A program made the position numbers and the translations under genes. From assembly GCA_027483885.1 (NCBI GenBank), contig JAIXTO010000112.1, positions 19,870 to 83,869 of the forward strand: 64,000 bases of DNA, read 5' to 3'. The stretch's first letter is position 1; every line of letters begins with the position of its first letter. The notes below the pieces were generated by a model. That model had not been told where the DNA came from. It saw only the letters and a list, made by a program, of their open reading frames with translations, and ran no database searches. Positions 26,759-35,936 of the stretch are shown here, in pieces. Source of the DNA: Rhizobiaceae bacterium (GTDB taxonomy: Bacteria > Pseudomonadota > Alphaproteobacteria > Rhizobiales > Rhizobiaceae).

Positions 26759-27634
26759 ATGCCTGTCGATACCACCCCCCGCAGCGCCACCTTCACCTTT
26801 GTCGATGGCGATTGGGTGCCCGGCAATCCGCCGCTGATCGGCCCCACCTCGCACGCGATGTGGCTGGGCTCCACGGTGTTTGATGGCGCCCGCTGGTTCG
26901 ACGGCATGTCTCCCGATCTTGACCTGCATTGCGAGCGCGTCAACCGCTCGGCCACCAACATGGGCATGTCGCCCGTCATGGAAGCCAAGGCCATCGAGGC
27001 GCTGGCGTTGGAGGGTGTGAAGAAATTCGACGGCAAGACCGCCATCTACATCAAGCCGATGTACTGGGCCGAACACGGTCTGCCTTATTCGGTAGTCGCA
27101 CCCGATCCCGAATCGACCCGCTTTGCGCTCTGCCTGTTCGAGGCGCCGATGCATACGGCAAAGCCGTCCTCGCTCACCGTCTCGCCCTATCGCCGTCCGA
27201 ACCCGGAAGTGGCGATGACCGGCGCCAAGACCGGCAGCCTTTACCCCAACAGCGGCCGCATGATCATCGAGGCGCGCGGCCGCGGTTTTGACAATGCGCT
27301 GGCGCGCGACATGAACGGCAATGTCGCCGAAACCGCATCCTCCAACATCTTTCTCGCCAAGGACGGCGTGGTGATGACGCCGGTTGCCAATGGCACGTTT
27401 CTGGCCGGCATCACCCGTTCGCGCATCATCACCCTGTTGCGTGGGGCCGGTGTCGAGGTGCGCGAATGCACGCTGACGGTGGAAGATTTCAAGGCCGCCG
27501 ACGAGATTTTCACAACCGGCAACTATTCGAAAATCGTGCCGGTCAACCGGCTGGAAGAACAGGAATTCCAGGAAGGCCCGGTCGCCCGCAAGGCGCTGCA
27601 GCTTTATATGGACTGGGCCCGTGCGGCTGCCTGA
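26759..27634 (+). CDS. class IV aminotransferase (branched-chain amino acid aminotransferase-like)
   Basis: AAGGAG RBS. ETASSNIFLAKDGVVMTP and LAGITRSRII motifs of fold-type IV PLP enzymes. Confidence 0.8.
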   Translation: MPVDTTPRSATFTFVDGDWVPGNPPLIGPTSHAMWLGSTVFDGARWFDGMSPDLDLHCERVNRSATNMGMSPVMEAKAIEALALEGVKKFDGKTAIYIKPMYWAEHGLPYSVVAPDPESTRFALCLFEAPMHTAKPSSLTVSPYRRPNPEVAMTGAKTGSLYPNSGRMIIEARGRGFDNALARDMNGNVAETASSNIFLAKDGVVMTPVANGTFLAGITRSRIITLLRGAGVEVRECTLTVEDFKAADEIFTTGNYSKIVPVNRLEEQEFQEGPVARKALQLYMDWARAAA

Positions 27635-27862
27635 GTTTGTCTTTGCCAAGGGGCGGGGTTTTGCGGCCTTCGCCCGTCGTCCATCCCGGCGCGCGCAAAA
27701 AAAATCGTATGCGCCGGGCAAACCAAACGCGATCTGAAACGTTAGCAACAGGACACACGAGCGCGGTTAAAATTGCGCTCCGGCCCGTTGCCTCTTGTGG
27801 CGCGCGCACCTATGTTCCCGATCACCACTCAGACCGCTGTTTTGCCGAAAAGGAGTAAGATC

Positions 27863-28465
27863 ATGGCTTTTGAACTTCCGGAACTGCCCTACGCCTACGA
27901 TTCGCTTTCCCCCTACATGTCGGCGGAAACGCTCGAATATCACCACGACAAGCACCACAAGGCCTATGTCGACAACGGCAACAAGCTGGCTGCTGAAGCA
28001 GGCTTTGGTGATCTGTCGGTCGAGGAAGTCGTCAAGAAGTCGTTCGGCACCCATGCCGGCCTCTTCAACAATGCTGCCCAGCACTACAACCACATCCATT
28101 TCTGGAAGTGGATGAAGAAGGACGGCGGCGGCAACAAGCTGCCCGGCAAGCTGCAGGCCGCCATCGACAGCGATCTCGGCGGTTACGACAAGTTCAAGTC
28201 CGATTTCATCGCTGCCGGCACCACGCAGTTCGGCTCCGGCTGGGCCTGGCTTTCGGTCAAGGACGGCAAGCTCGTCATCTCGAAAACCCCGAACGGCGAG
28301 AACCCGCTGGTTCACGGCGCAGCCCCGATCCTCGGCGTCGACGTGTGGGAACATTCCTACTACATCGACTACCGCAACGCCCGTCCGAAGTATCTCGAAG
28401 CCTTCGTCGACAGCCTGATCAACTGGGATTACGTTCTGGAAATGTACGAAGCCGCTTCCAAGTAA
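27863..28465 (+). CDS. sodB: Fe/Mn superoxide dismutase (Fe-type)
   Basis: MAFELPELPYAYDSLSPYMSAETLEYHHDKHHKAYV...DVWEHSYYIDYRN. AAGGAG RBS. Confidence 0.93.
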   Translation: MAFELPELPYAYDSLSPYMSAETLEYHHDKHHKAYVDNGNKLAAEAGFGDLSVEEVVKKSFGTHAGLFNNAAQHYNHIHFWKWMKKDGGGNKLPGKLQAAIDSDLGGYDKFKSDFIAAGTTQFGSGWAWLSVKDGKLVISKTPNGENPLVHGAAPILGVDVWEHSYYIDYRNARPKYLEAFVDSLINWDYVLEMYEAASK

Positions 28466-28490
28466 GCAGTTCTCCAGATTTCAAATGGAA

Positions 28491-28525
28491 CGTCCGGCCG
28501 GCTTTTGCCCGCCGGGCGTTTTTTT
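28491..28525 (+). terminator. intrinsic terminator after sodB
   Basis: 12-bp stem CGTCCGGCCGGC-tttt-GCCCGCCGGGCG (one mismatch, one G-U) followed by T7. It abuts the stop of the convergent yafY-like gene. Confidence 0.75.
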
Positions 28526-29222
28526 ATACCTGAGCTGCAGCCGTGGTCTGCCAGCTGGCGGTCCAGATCTGCCGCAGCCTGTCGCCTTCGCCCCGGAAAT
28601 GGGCGCCCGTTTCCTCGCAGCCGATGACGCGGTCTGCACGGAAATTACGAATGGCCTGGCGCAATTCGCACCACGCCACGATGGTTGCGGCTTGGGAATA
28701 ATAAATGAGCGCGACAGGCCGGATGACCCGATCGGTCTGCCGGCCCTCCTCGTCGCGGTAGCCGATGGCCAGTTTTTCCTCTTCGCGGATGGCCTGGCGC
28801 ACCGTCGCCAGCGCAATGCTGTCTGGCTGGCGCATGGAGGCGCCCCAGGCATGCAGGGCGCGGGCCGAGAGCGGCTGTCGCAGCGGCGGCGGCATGGCAT
28901 TGGCGATCTTGTCGCCAAGTCGGCTTGCCGCTGCCGTCAGTTGCGGGTCGCCGATGCGCTCGAGAAGCGCCAGCGCCAGGACGATCGCTTCCGTTTCCTC
29001 GATCGAAAACATCAGCGGCGGCAGGTGAAAGCCCGGCCGCAGCAGATAACCGATGCCGCGTTCGCCATCGATGGGAACGCGCATCGCCTGCAGCGCGGCA
29101 ATGTCCCGGTAGATGGAGCGGACGGTGACCTCCAGCTTTTCGGCGATTTCGGCCGCCGTGACCGGTCGCCGGGCCAGACGCAGGATCTGGATAATCTCGA
29201 AAAGTCGTGACGCCTTGCGCAT
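28524..29222 (-). CDS. YafY-family transcriptional regulator (HTH plus WYL domain)
   Basis: ATG 29222 (MRKASRLFEIIQILRLARRPVTAAEIAEKLEVTVRSIYRDIAAL). WYL-like central region. Confidence 0.8.
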   Translation of the reverse strand: MRKASRLFEIIQILRLARRPVTAAEIAEKLEVTVRSIYRDIAALQAMRVPIDGERGIGYLLRPGFHLPPLMFSIEETEAIVLALALLERIGDPQLTAAASRLGDKIANAMPPPLRQPLSARALHAWGASMRQPDSIALATVRQAIREEEKLAIGYRDEEGRQTDRVIRPVALIYYSQAATIVAWCELRQAIRNFRADRVIGCEETGAHFRGEGDRLRQIWTASWQTTAAAQV

Positions 29223-29341
29223 GAAACCTCCTCGCAACTGACACAACCCTGTCAGTTGCCATTCCCTATACCGCCCACCAAGCCTTTGAAATATTGGACG
29301 GCACGGGGCCGCAGCGCAAGGCAAACAGGGCGACAACTGAC

Positions 29342-29977
29342 ATGACTTATACTCACAATCTCTGGCTTTTCTTTCTGCTCGTTCTGGGCATCGTCATCGT
29401 TCCCGGCATGGATATGATCTTCGTGCTGGCCAGTTCTCTCTCGGGCGGGCGCAGGGCCGGCCTGTCTGCCACCTTCGGCATCATGGCCGGCGGCGCGGTG
29501 CACACGCTGTATGCTGCCGTGGGGGTCGGCATGGTCTTGAGTGTGGCGCCGTCGCTCTTTACCGGGCTTCTTGTTCTCGGGGCGGTCTATGTCGCTTATA
29601 TCGGCTGGCAGCTTCTGCGCAGTTCCATCACCGTCGAACAGCCCCAGGCCCAGGATCGGCGGGGTGCCTGGCTGCGCTTCCGGCAGGGCGCGCTGACCAG
29701 CCTGATGAACCCGAAGGCCTATCTTTTCATGCTGGCGGTCTATCCGCAGTTCCTGCATCCGCAATTCGGGCCGCTCTGGCGCCAGGCACTTGTGCTGATG
29801 CTGCTGATCTGGGCGGTGCAGCTTGTCGTTTATGGCGGGCTTGCCACCCTGGCGGCGCGCGGTCGCGATGTGCTGGTGCAAAATCCGTCCGCCATCCGCC
29901 TCGTCGGTCGCGCCTGCGGAGCGCTGCTGCTCTGCATTGCCGCCCTCACGCTCTGGCGTGGTCTGGCCGGCGGCTGA
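29342..29977 (+). CDS. LysE/RhtB family amino-acid exporter
   Basis: MTYTHNLWLFFLLVLGIVIVPGMDMIFVL... with 6 TM helices. Divergent from the yafY-like gene. Confidence 0.8.
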   Translation: MTYTHNLWLFFLLVLGIVIVPGMDMIFVLASSLSGGRRAGLSATFGIMAGGAVHTLYAAVGVGMVLSVAPSLFTGLLVLGAVYVAYIGWQLLRSSITVEQPQAQDRRGAWLRFRQGALTSLMNPKAYLFMLAVYPQFLHPQFGPLWRQALVLMLLIWAVQLVVYGGLATLAARGRDVLVQNPSAIRLVGRACGALLLCIAALTLWRGLAGG

Positions 29978-30029
29978 TCCGCCCGCATCCTGTCACAGCC
30001 CTGTTACGCATGCGCCGTAAGGGAGCCGC

Positions 30030-30872
30030 ATGACCCAGGAACCACGTCTCCGCTTCGGTGTGATCGCCGATCCCCAATATGCCGATCTCGACGCCAATCC
30101 GGTGCTGAACCGGCATTTTCGGGGCAGTCTCGGCAAGCTTTCGGAAGCCATCGCCACCTTCGAGGGAGAGGATCTCTCCTTCGTCATGACGCTTGGTGAC
30201 TTGATCGATCGCGGCGCCGACAATCTCGAACCGGCGCTCGCCATCTATCGCCGGTCGCGCCACGAATGCCTATTTCTGCCCGGCAATCATGATTTTCTGG
30301 TCGAGCCGGATCAGATCGCCTTGGTGCATCAGAGGCTCGGCATGCCGGCGCCCTATTACAGCTTCACCCGCGCCGGCATTCGTTTTGTCGTCATCGATGG
30401 CTGCGAGGAAAGCCTGTTTGCAACCGTTGCCGATCCGGAAAGCCAGGCCCGTGCGCATGCGCGGCTTGAGGCGCTGAAGGAGAGCGGCGCGGTGAACGCC
30501 ATGGACTGGAATGCCGGCATTTCGCAGCGGCAGTTTGCCTGGATTGCCGGTCAGCTGGAGGCAGCGCGGGCGGCCGGCCAGAAGGTGATCGTGATGGGGC
30601 ATTATCCGCTGCATCCGGCAACCGACCACTGCCTGTGGGACGCCGACGTGCTCACCGATCTCTTGGCCTCCTCGCCGCAGGTCCTTGCTTATCTCTGCGG
30701 CCATGATCACCGCGGCGGCCTTGGCCGTGCCGGCTCCTGCTGGTTCGTCAATTTCAAGGGCATGGTCGATACGGCGAGCGAGAATGCCTTCGCGCTTGTC
30801 GATCTTTACGCCGATGGTCTGGAGATCCGCGGTTTTGGCCGCGAGGTAAGCCGCGCTCTTGCCTTCAGCTGA
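30030..30872 (+). CDS. calcineurin-like metallophosphoesterase
   Basis: Motifs GVIADPQ, LGDLIDRG, PGNHDF, MGHYPLH and CGHDHRGG. Confidence 0.8.
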   Translation: MTQEPRLRFGVIADPQYADLDANPVLNRHFRGSLGKLSEAIATFEGEDLSFVMTLGDLIDRGADNLEPALAIYRRSRHECLFLPGNHDFLVEPDQIALVHQRLGMPAPYYSFTRAGIRFVVIDGCEESLFATVADPESQARAHARLEALKESGAVNAMDWNAGISQRQFAWIAGQLEAARAAGQKVIVMGHYPLHPATDHCLWDADVLTDLLASSPQVLAYLCGHDHRGGLGRAGSCWFVNFKGMVDTASENAFALVDLYADGLEIRGFGREVSRALAFS

Positions 30873-30990
30873 GCGCACGGGGTCTCGTTCCGGCGCAATC
30901 ACATCTGTGTGTCTGCGGTAAAACGTCATGTTTTCCCGCAGCCTAGCATGCAATCATGGACCGTCGAACGGCGTGTCGGGAAGGTTCGTC

Positions 30991-31046
30991 ACTGACAAAC
31001 CAGCCCGACAATTAGGCGCTGACAATCAGGCACTGACAATCAGGGG
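30991..31046 (+). repeat. four tandem 14-bp units (consensus cTGACAAtcAGGnn) directly upstream of the cytochrome c-556 gene
   Basis: Units at 30991, 31005, 31019 and 31033: actgacaaaccagc / ccgacaattaggcg / ctgacaatcaggca / ctgacaatcagggg. The last unit overlaps the RBS. Confidence 0.75.
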
Positions 31047-31055
31047 AGTTGTTTC

Positions 31056-31499
31056 ATGAAATTCAAGATTATGACGGCGGGATTGCTGGCCCTCTGTCTT
31101 GGCGCCGGCGTGGTGTTTGCCGCCGGCGAGCCGCAGGCCGAGCGTCAGGCGCTGATGAAGAAGATCGGCGGTTCGATGGGCGAACTTGGCGCTATCGCCA
31201 AGGGTCAGAAGCCTTATGACGCAGCAACCGTGAAGACGGCGCTCACCACGATCAGCGCGTCCGCCAAGGATTTCCCCAACCATTTCCCGGCCGGTTCGGA
31301 AACGGGCATGGAAACGGCGGCATCGCCGGCCATCTGGCAGAACATGGATGACTTCAAGGCGAAATCGATGAAACTGTCGTCCGATGCCGACACGGTTCTG
31401 GCCTCCATGCCCGCCGATCAGGCAGCCGTGGGGCAGGCCATGCAGACGCTGGGCGCCGATTGCGGCACCTGTCACCAGGCCTATCGCCTGAAGCGCTAA
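31056..31499 (+). CDS. class II cytochrome c (cytochrome c-556 / c-prime family)
   Basis: Signal peptide MKFKIMTAGLLALCLGAGVVFA. Single C-terminal heme motif CGTCHQAYR. About 125 aa of mature helical protein. Confidence 0.85.
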   Translation: MKFKIMTAGLLALCLGAGVVFAAGEPQAERQALMKKIGGSMGELGAIAKGQKPYDAATVKTALTTISASAKDFPNHFPAGSETGMETAASPAIWQNMDDFKAKSMKLSSDADTVLASMPADQAAVGQAMQTLGADCGTCHQAYRLKR

Positions 31500-31514
31500 G
31501 CGCAGCCTTTCAGG

Positions 31515-31550
31515 ACCGCCGCCCGGCATCCTGTCGTGCGGCGGTTTTTA
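31515..31550 (+). terminator. intrinsic terminator between the two cytochrome genes
   Basis: Stem ACCGCCGC...GCGGCGGT (8 bp, 15-nt loop) followed by TTTTT. Confidence 0.6.
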
Positions 31551-31588
31551 GGGATTCGGGTTTTTAAGAACATGAACGGGGAGCGGCC

Positions 31589-32503
31589 ATGGCATCGACA
31601 TGGGCCAAAATCGCACTGGCGGGTGTCTTTGCCGTCGTGGCGGGCGGGGCGGCGGCCTATGCGCTGACGCGGCCCGCACCACATCCGGCAGACTATTGGG
31701 CAGGGCTCGGCGCGCCTGATGTGGCAAACGGCGAACACCTGTTCTGGGCCGGCGGCTGCGTCAGTTGCCATGCGCCAAAGGATGCCAAAGGCGAAGACCA
31801 GAAAGTCCTGTCCGGCGGGCGGGCGTTGCCCACCGCCTTCGGCACGTTCCACGTTCCCAATATCTCACCCGATCCAGAGGCGGGCATCGGCCGCTGGACG
31901 CTGGCGCAGTTTGGCGACGCGATGACGCGGGGCGTCGGCCCCCAGGGTGAGCATCTTTATCCCTCCTTCCCCTACAGTTCCTATGCGCGCATGACGCGCG
32001 CGGACGTAAACGACCTCTTCGGTTACTTGAAGACGCTGCCGGCGAGCCAGAACGTTGCGCCGCCGCATGAACTCGGTTTCCCCTTCAACCTGCGGGTGAC
32101 GCTCGGCGGCTGGAAGCTGCTGTTCTTCAGTGCAGACCCGCGCGTCGCGCTCGACAACCCGAGCGATGCCGTCAAGCGCGGGCAATATCTGGTGGAAGGC
32201 CCCGGCCATTGCGGCGAATGCCATACGCCGCGCAACGCGCTCGGCGGCTTTGAAAGCGGACAATGGCTGGCAGGCGGGCCGAACCCGGAAGGCGAGGGGC
32301 GCATTCCCAACATCACCCCCGGCGGAAAGGCCATCGGCAGCTGGAGCGAGGGCGATATCGCCAATTATCTCGAAACCGGCTTCACCCCCGAATTCGACAG
32401 TGCCGGCGGCTCCATGGTGGAGGTTCAGCAGAACCTTTCGCACCTGCCCAAAAGCGATCTGGCGGCGATTGCGGCCTATCTGAAGGCGGTTCCTTCTCGC
32501 TGA
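31589..32503 (+). CDS. membrane-anchored diheme c-type cytochrome
   Basis: N-terminal TM anchor. Two CxxCH motifs (CVSCHAP, CGECHTP). Confidence 0.85.
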   Translation: MASTWAKIALAGVFAVVAGGAAAYALTRPAPHPADYWAGLGAPDVANGEHLFWAGGCVSCHAPKDAKGEDQKVLSGGRALPTAFGTFHVPNISPDPEAGIGRWTLAQFGDAMTRGVGPQGEHLYPSFPYSSYARMTRADVNDLFGYLKTLPASQNVAPPHELGFPFNLRVTLGGWKLLFFSADPRVALDNPSDAVKRGQYLVEGPGHCGECHTPRNALGGFESGQWLAGGPNPEGEGRIPNITPGGKAIGSWSEGDIANYLETGFTPEFDSAGGSMVEVQQNLSHLPKSDLAAIAAYLKAVPSR

Positions 32504-32595
32504 CTAGGGGAATTGCCGCCGCATATCCGCAAAAGCCAGGAAACCCCAGGGTTGCCACGCGTATTGACAGGCCCCCGGTGGCGGGCCACAAGAAG

Positions 32596-32792
32596 AGCGT
32601 GTGACGGTTCCTGCCGGATGAAAGATCTGTCGGGATGAAAAGGGAACACGATAGGGCATTGAGAGAAGTGCCTCATTCGTGGCTGCCCCCGCAACTGTGA
32701 GCGGTGAGTTCATCGACTGTTATGGCCACTGGGAAACCGGGAAGGTCTGGTCTTTGAACAGCGACCCGCGAGCCAGGAGACCTGCCGCCGCA
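32596..32792 (+). promoter_or_regulatory. cobalamin (B12) riboswitch
   Basis: Conserved blocks AAAAGGGAACACG, GGCTGCCCCCGCAACTGTGAGCGG, GCCACTGGGAA..CGGGAAGG, and B12 box AGCCAGGAGACCTGCC (32771-86). Lies upstream of cbtB. Confidence 0.9.
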
Positions 32793-32828
32793 CCTGTCGT
32801 CAACGCATATGCAACGAGGGGTTTTTGC

Positions 32829-33005
32829 ATGTCGATCCAAACATCCGTCGCCGGCACTTCGGCGAAATCCACATCCATGCTCCAGGCCGTTTTTGCGGCA
32901 GCACTTGGCCTGTTCATCGTCGGCTTTGTCGGTTTTTCCCATGCGGAAGCTGTGCACAACGCTGCCCACGATACGCGCCACGCCAACGCCTTTCCCTGCC
33001 ACTAG
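32829..33005 (+). CDS. cbtB: cobalt transporter subunit CbtB
   Basis: 58 aa: MSIQTSVAG...one TM...SHAEAVHNAAHDTRHANAFPCH, the characteristic His-rich C-terminus. Internal ATG of ORF 32679..33005. Confidence 0.85.
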   Translation: MSIQTSVAGTSAKSTSMLQAVFAAALGLFIVGFVGFSHAEAVHNAAHDTRHANAFPCH

Positions 33006-33128
33006 CGCGCTCCACTTAGTCTTGTCAGACACTTGAAGCACATTCTTGCACTGTGATTTCGGGGCATCGCGCCTGCTGAGGCCGATTGCGGTCAAGGCCG
33101 GTGCCGCCAGGGATAAGGTTTTACATCC

Positions 33129-33947
33129 ATGTTCAGATCCATTGTCTTCTCCGCCGTTGTGGTGGGGATTGTGAGCGGTATTGCCGTCTCGCTGATGCAG
33201 ATGGTCGGCACCACGCCGCTCATTCTGTCTGCCGAAACCTATGAAAGCGCCGGTTCCGCCGGCCATGACCACGCGCAAGCCGCAGCAGCACCCGTTGCGG
33301 TGCCGCCCGCCACTGAAAAAGCAGTTCCCCACGTCCATGCCGCCGGAACGGCGCCGCATGAACATGCCGATGGTCACGGTCAGGAAGCCCATGACCACGG
33401 GGGCCATGACCACGGAGACGGATGGGCGCCGGCCGATGGGCTGGAACGGCTCTCCTATACGGCAGCCGCCAATATTCTGACGGCCATCGGTTATGCGCTG
33501 GTACTGTGTGGGCTTCTGTCTGTCGCTATTCAGGGCGGGCTTGCCAAAACCATCGATTGGCGCACGGGCCTTTTCTTCGGCCTTGCCGGGTTTTCCTCGG
33601 TCATGCTGGCGCCGATGGTGGGGCTTCCGCCGGAACTGCCGGGTTCTCCCGCCGGCGATCTTGGCGCGCGCCAGATCTGGTGGCTGTCGACGGCCTTTGC
33701 CACCGCACTCGGTATCGCGCTTCTGGCGTTTCGCCGTGACGGGTTTTCCGCTGTCGCCGCCATTGCGCTGATTGCGGCGCCGCATGTCATCGGCGCGCCA
33801 TTGCCGCCTGACGGCGAGCATGCGCTTGCCCCGCTGGGGCTGGAACGGCAGTTCATCGTGGCGGCCACGCTCACTAGCCTCGTGTTCTGGGCGCTTCTCG
33901 GTTCGCTGAGTGGCCTCCTGATGAAGCGTTTCGAGGCGGCGCGGTGA
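33129..33947 (+). CDS. cbtA: cobalt transporter subunit CbtA
   Basis: Multi-TM protein with a His-rich loop (HDHAQ...HVHAAGTAPHEHADGHGQEAHDHGGHDHGDG). Follows cbtB behind the B12 riboswitch. Confidence 0.85.
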   Translation: MFRSIVFSAVVVGIVSGIAVSLMQMVGTTPLILSAETYESAGSAGHDHAQAAAAPVAVPPATEKAVPHVHAAGTAPHEHADGHGQEAHDHGGHDHGDGWAPADGLERLSYTAAANILTAIGYALVLCGLLSVAIQGGLAKTIDWRTGLFFGLAGFSSVMLAPMVGLPPELPGSPAGDLGARQIWWLSTAFATALGIALLAFRRDGFSAVAAIALIAAPHVIGAPLPPDGEHALAPLGLERQFIVAATLTSLVFWALLGSLSGLLMKRFEAAR

Positions 33948-34282
33948 CTAAGAGCGATCCTGATCGCCCCGCCATCTGGCGCGATGATCTCGATGCCCTG
34001 CAGTTTGGCGTGCCGGGGCAGGGCAGTCTCTGCCTTGTCCACCGGCTCGCCTTTCGCGCACTTCTGCCTTCTGGCCCGGGAGAAAGCCTTTCCCGGGAGA
34101 CATGTTTTGAGTTTTTCTTGAACGAAAGCCGTCATTTCGAAGCCGCGGCCATGGCCAAGATCGCGCGGCTGAAACTGGCCCCCGGCCGAAACCTTCACCT
34201 CAACAGCCGCGATATCCGCCGCGCCATGGCGGGTGACGCTTCGGATGGACCAGTGAAGGCTTGCCGCGTGCTGGGCGGCTGA
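33944..34282 (+). CDS. hypothetical protein, DUF1488-like, translationally coupled to cbtA
   Basis: GTG start overlaps the cbtA stop (GTGA). Pattern LQFGVPGQGSLCLVHRLAFRALL...CFEFFLNESRHFEAAAMAKI...LHLNSRDI resembles DUF1488 proteins. This family call is tentative. Confidence 0.5.
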   Translation: MTKSDPDRPAIWRDDLDALQFGVPGQGSLCLVHRLAFRALLPSGPGESLSRETCFEFFLNESRHFEAAAMAKIARLKLAPGRNLHLNSRDIRRAMAGDASDGPVKACRVLGG

Positions 34283-34292
34283 GGCGCTCGCT

Positions 34293-34865
34293 TCAGCCCT
34301 GACGATGCTCGGCGGAAAACTGTGAAAGCTCCATCTGCGCCTCCGGCGTCCACAGATCGAGCGCCTTCAGGATTTCCACGGTGAAGCTGAAAGGCGCGCT
34401 GCCGGCGGCCGTCACGATCCGGCCATCACAGACGGCCTGCGGCTGATCCCGGTAACGGGCCGCCCCCGTATAGGCGGGATAGGCCTGATGGGCGGCAAGC
34501 GCATTTCCCGTATGGGCAACGTCGTTCAGCAGGCCGGTTGCGGCAAGTGCGGATGCCGCCGCACAGATGCCGCCGACGAGTTTTCCCGCGTCGTGAAACC
34601 GCTGGGCAAGCGGTGCAAAATCCGGTGCCGTCCCGTTTTCCCAACTCATGCCGCCGCAGATAACCAGGGCATCGAAACCTTCTGCATCAAATTCTGCATA
34701 GGCAAGATCCGGCGTGACCGTCAGTCCGCCCATTGAGCGCACTGGCGCGCCATCGGGCGTTGCGGTCACCACCTCGACACCGAGATAGGTGCGCGCCGAT
34801 GCCATCAGCAGGGCGCATTCCCAATCGGCAAAATCGTCCGTGAGTGCAATGGCAATCCGTTTCAT
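34293..34865 (-). CDS. DJ-1/PfpI family protein
   Basis: MKRIAIALTDDFADWE... and nucleophile-elbow Cys in VGGICAAASALAATGLL. GGGAGAG RBS. Confidence 0.8.
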   Translation of the reverse strand: MKRIAIALTDDFADWECALLMASARTYLGVEVVTATPDGAPVRSMGGLTVTPDLAYAEFDAEGFDALVICGGMSWENGTAPDFAPLAQRFHDAGKLVGGICAAASALAATGLLNDVAHTGNALAAHQAYPAYTGAARYRDQPQAVCDGRIVTAAGSAPFSFTVEILKALDLWTPEAQMELSQFSAEHRQG

Positions 34866-34895
34866 GTCGTCTCTCCCGCAGTGGAGGGGAAAATG

Positions 34896-35384
34896 TCAGG
34901 CTATTGCCTGCAGGAACCGCATGCCGGTCACCGGGCGGGCGGTGAAATCCATCTGCTCGTAAAAACGATGCGCGGCGAAATTGCCGGTGGCGGCGCTGAC
35001 GGAGAGGTAATCGCACCCTTGCGCGCGGGCGCAATCACGGGCACGATTGACCAGATGCTGACCGATGCCGTGACCGCGATGGCCGTCGCGCACGAAGAGA
35101 TGGTGCAGGTCCATGCCGCGCTTGCCTTCCTGGGCGCGGTAAAGCGGCACGAGAATGGCGTATCCGATCAGTTCCGAACCGGTATCGGCCACCAGCGCCT
35201 GGATCCACGGCACGGGACCGAACAGGTCGCGCTCCAGCGTTTCCGATGTCATGGCGGCGGCATCGCCGTGATGGGCGGCAAGAGCCGCGATCATGGCGTT
35301 CAGTTCCGGCAGGTCACGCGGCTTTGCAGCGCGTATATTGACGACATCGGCGCGGATGATGGAAATTTCACTGTCTTCGGTCAT
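34896..35384 (-). CDS. GNAT family N-acetyltransferase
   Basis: ATG 35384 (MTEDSEISIIRADV). Acetyl-CoA motif VRDGHRGHGIGQHLVNRARDCARAQG. Confidence 0.8.
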   Translation of the reverse strand: MTEDSEISIIRADVVNIRAAKPRDLPELNAMIAALAAHHGDAAAMTSETLERDLFGPVPWIQALVADTGSELIGYAILVPLYRAQEGKRGMDLHHLFVRDGHRGHGIGQHLVNRARDCARAQGCDYLSVSAATGNFAAHRFYEQMDFTARPVTGMRFLQAIA

Positions 35385-35654
35385 GTGCGGCATCCCTTGA
35401 AGGTTTGATATGGTGCCGTCAGGTGCCGTTTCATACAACAAAGCCGCCTGACGGCGGCTTGTTGACAAAATGATCTGTCGAGCCGCCGGTTACCGGTAGG
35501 CCCAAAAATACATGGCAGCGAGGGGTGCGTGTACGATCATCATGCAAGGATGGATGCGCCGGAAAGGGGTGGATGTCAAGAGGAGCGTTGCCGGATCGTT
35601 TTACGTGCCGCGCCTTTGTGATATAAGGCAAGCAAGAGATGAGGAGACCGCTGC

Positions 35655-35936
35655 ATGGCCTCGACCCATAAATTGAGCATCGACATTGCGCCGGACGCTT
35701 TTTCCAAGCTCCAGCAACGGATCGATGCGGGCTATTATGCCTCGATGAGCGAGGCGGTGGAAGATGCCGTGCGCCAATTGCCGGACCCTGTCGGCCAGCA
35801 CCGGCCAGATGCGCTTTCTGATATCCGCACCCGGATTGCTCGTTCGCTGCAGGATCCGCGCCCCGTGGTGGATTGCGCCGAAGCCGAACAGCAGATTGCG
35901 CGCTACATGGAAACACGCGGTCACGCCGCAACCTGA
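35655..35936 (+). CDS. parD: ParD-family (RHH) type II antitoxin
   Basis: LSIDIAPDAFSKLQQRIDAGYYASMSEAVEDAVRQL matches the ParD/COG3609 pattern. GAGGAG RBS. Stop overlaps the toxin ATG (TGATG). Confidence 0.75.
   Translation: MASTHKLSIDIAPDAFSKLQQRIDAGYYASMSEAVEDAVRQLPDPVGQHRPDALSDIRTRIARSLQDPRPVVDCAEAEQQIARYMETRGHAAT

Noticed and set aside
24657-27748. Long antisense ORFs 24657..25853 (+, 398 aa) and 26648..27748 (-, 366 aa)
   Set aside because: They are opposite the PLD-like and class IV aminotransferase genes, which carry clear catalytic motifs. The antisense products have no motifs and biased composition.
32673-33821. 382-aa minus-strand ORF spanning the riboswitch and cbtBA
   Set aside because: It runs antisense through a conserved riboswitch and two recognisable transporter genes. 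Its composition is atypical (Arg/Gly/His-rich).
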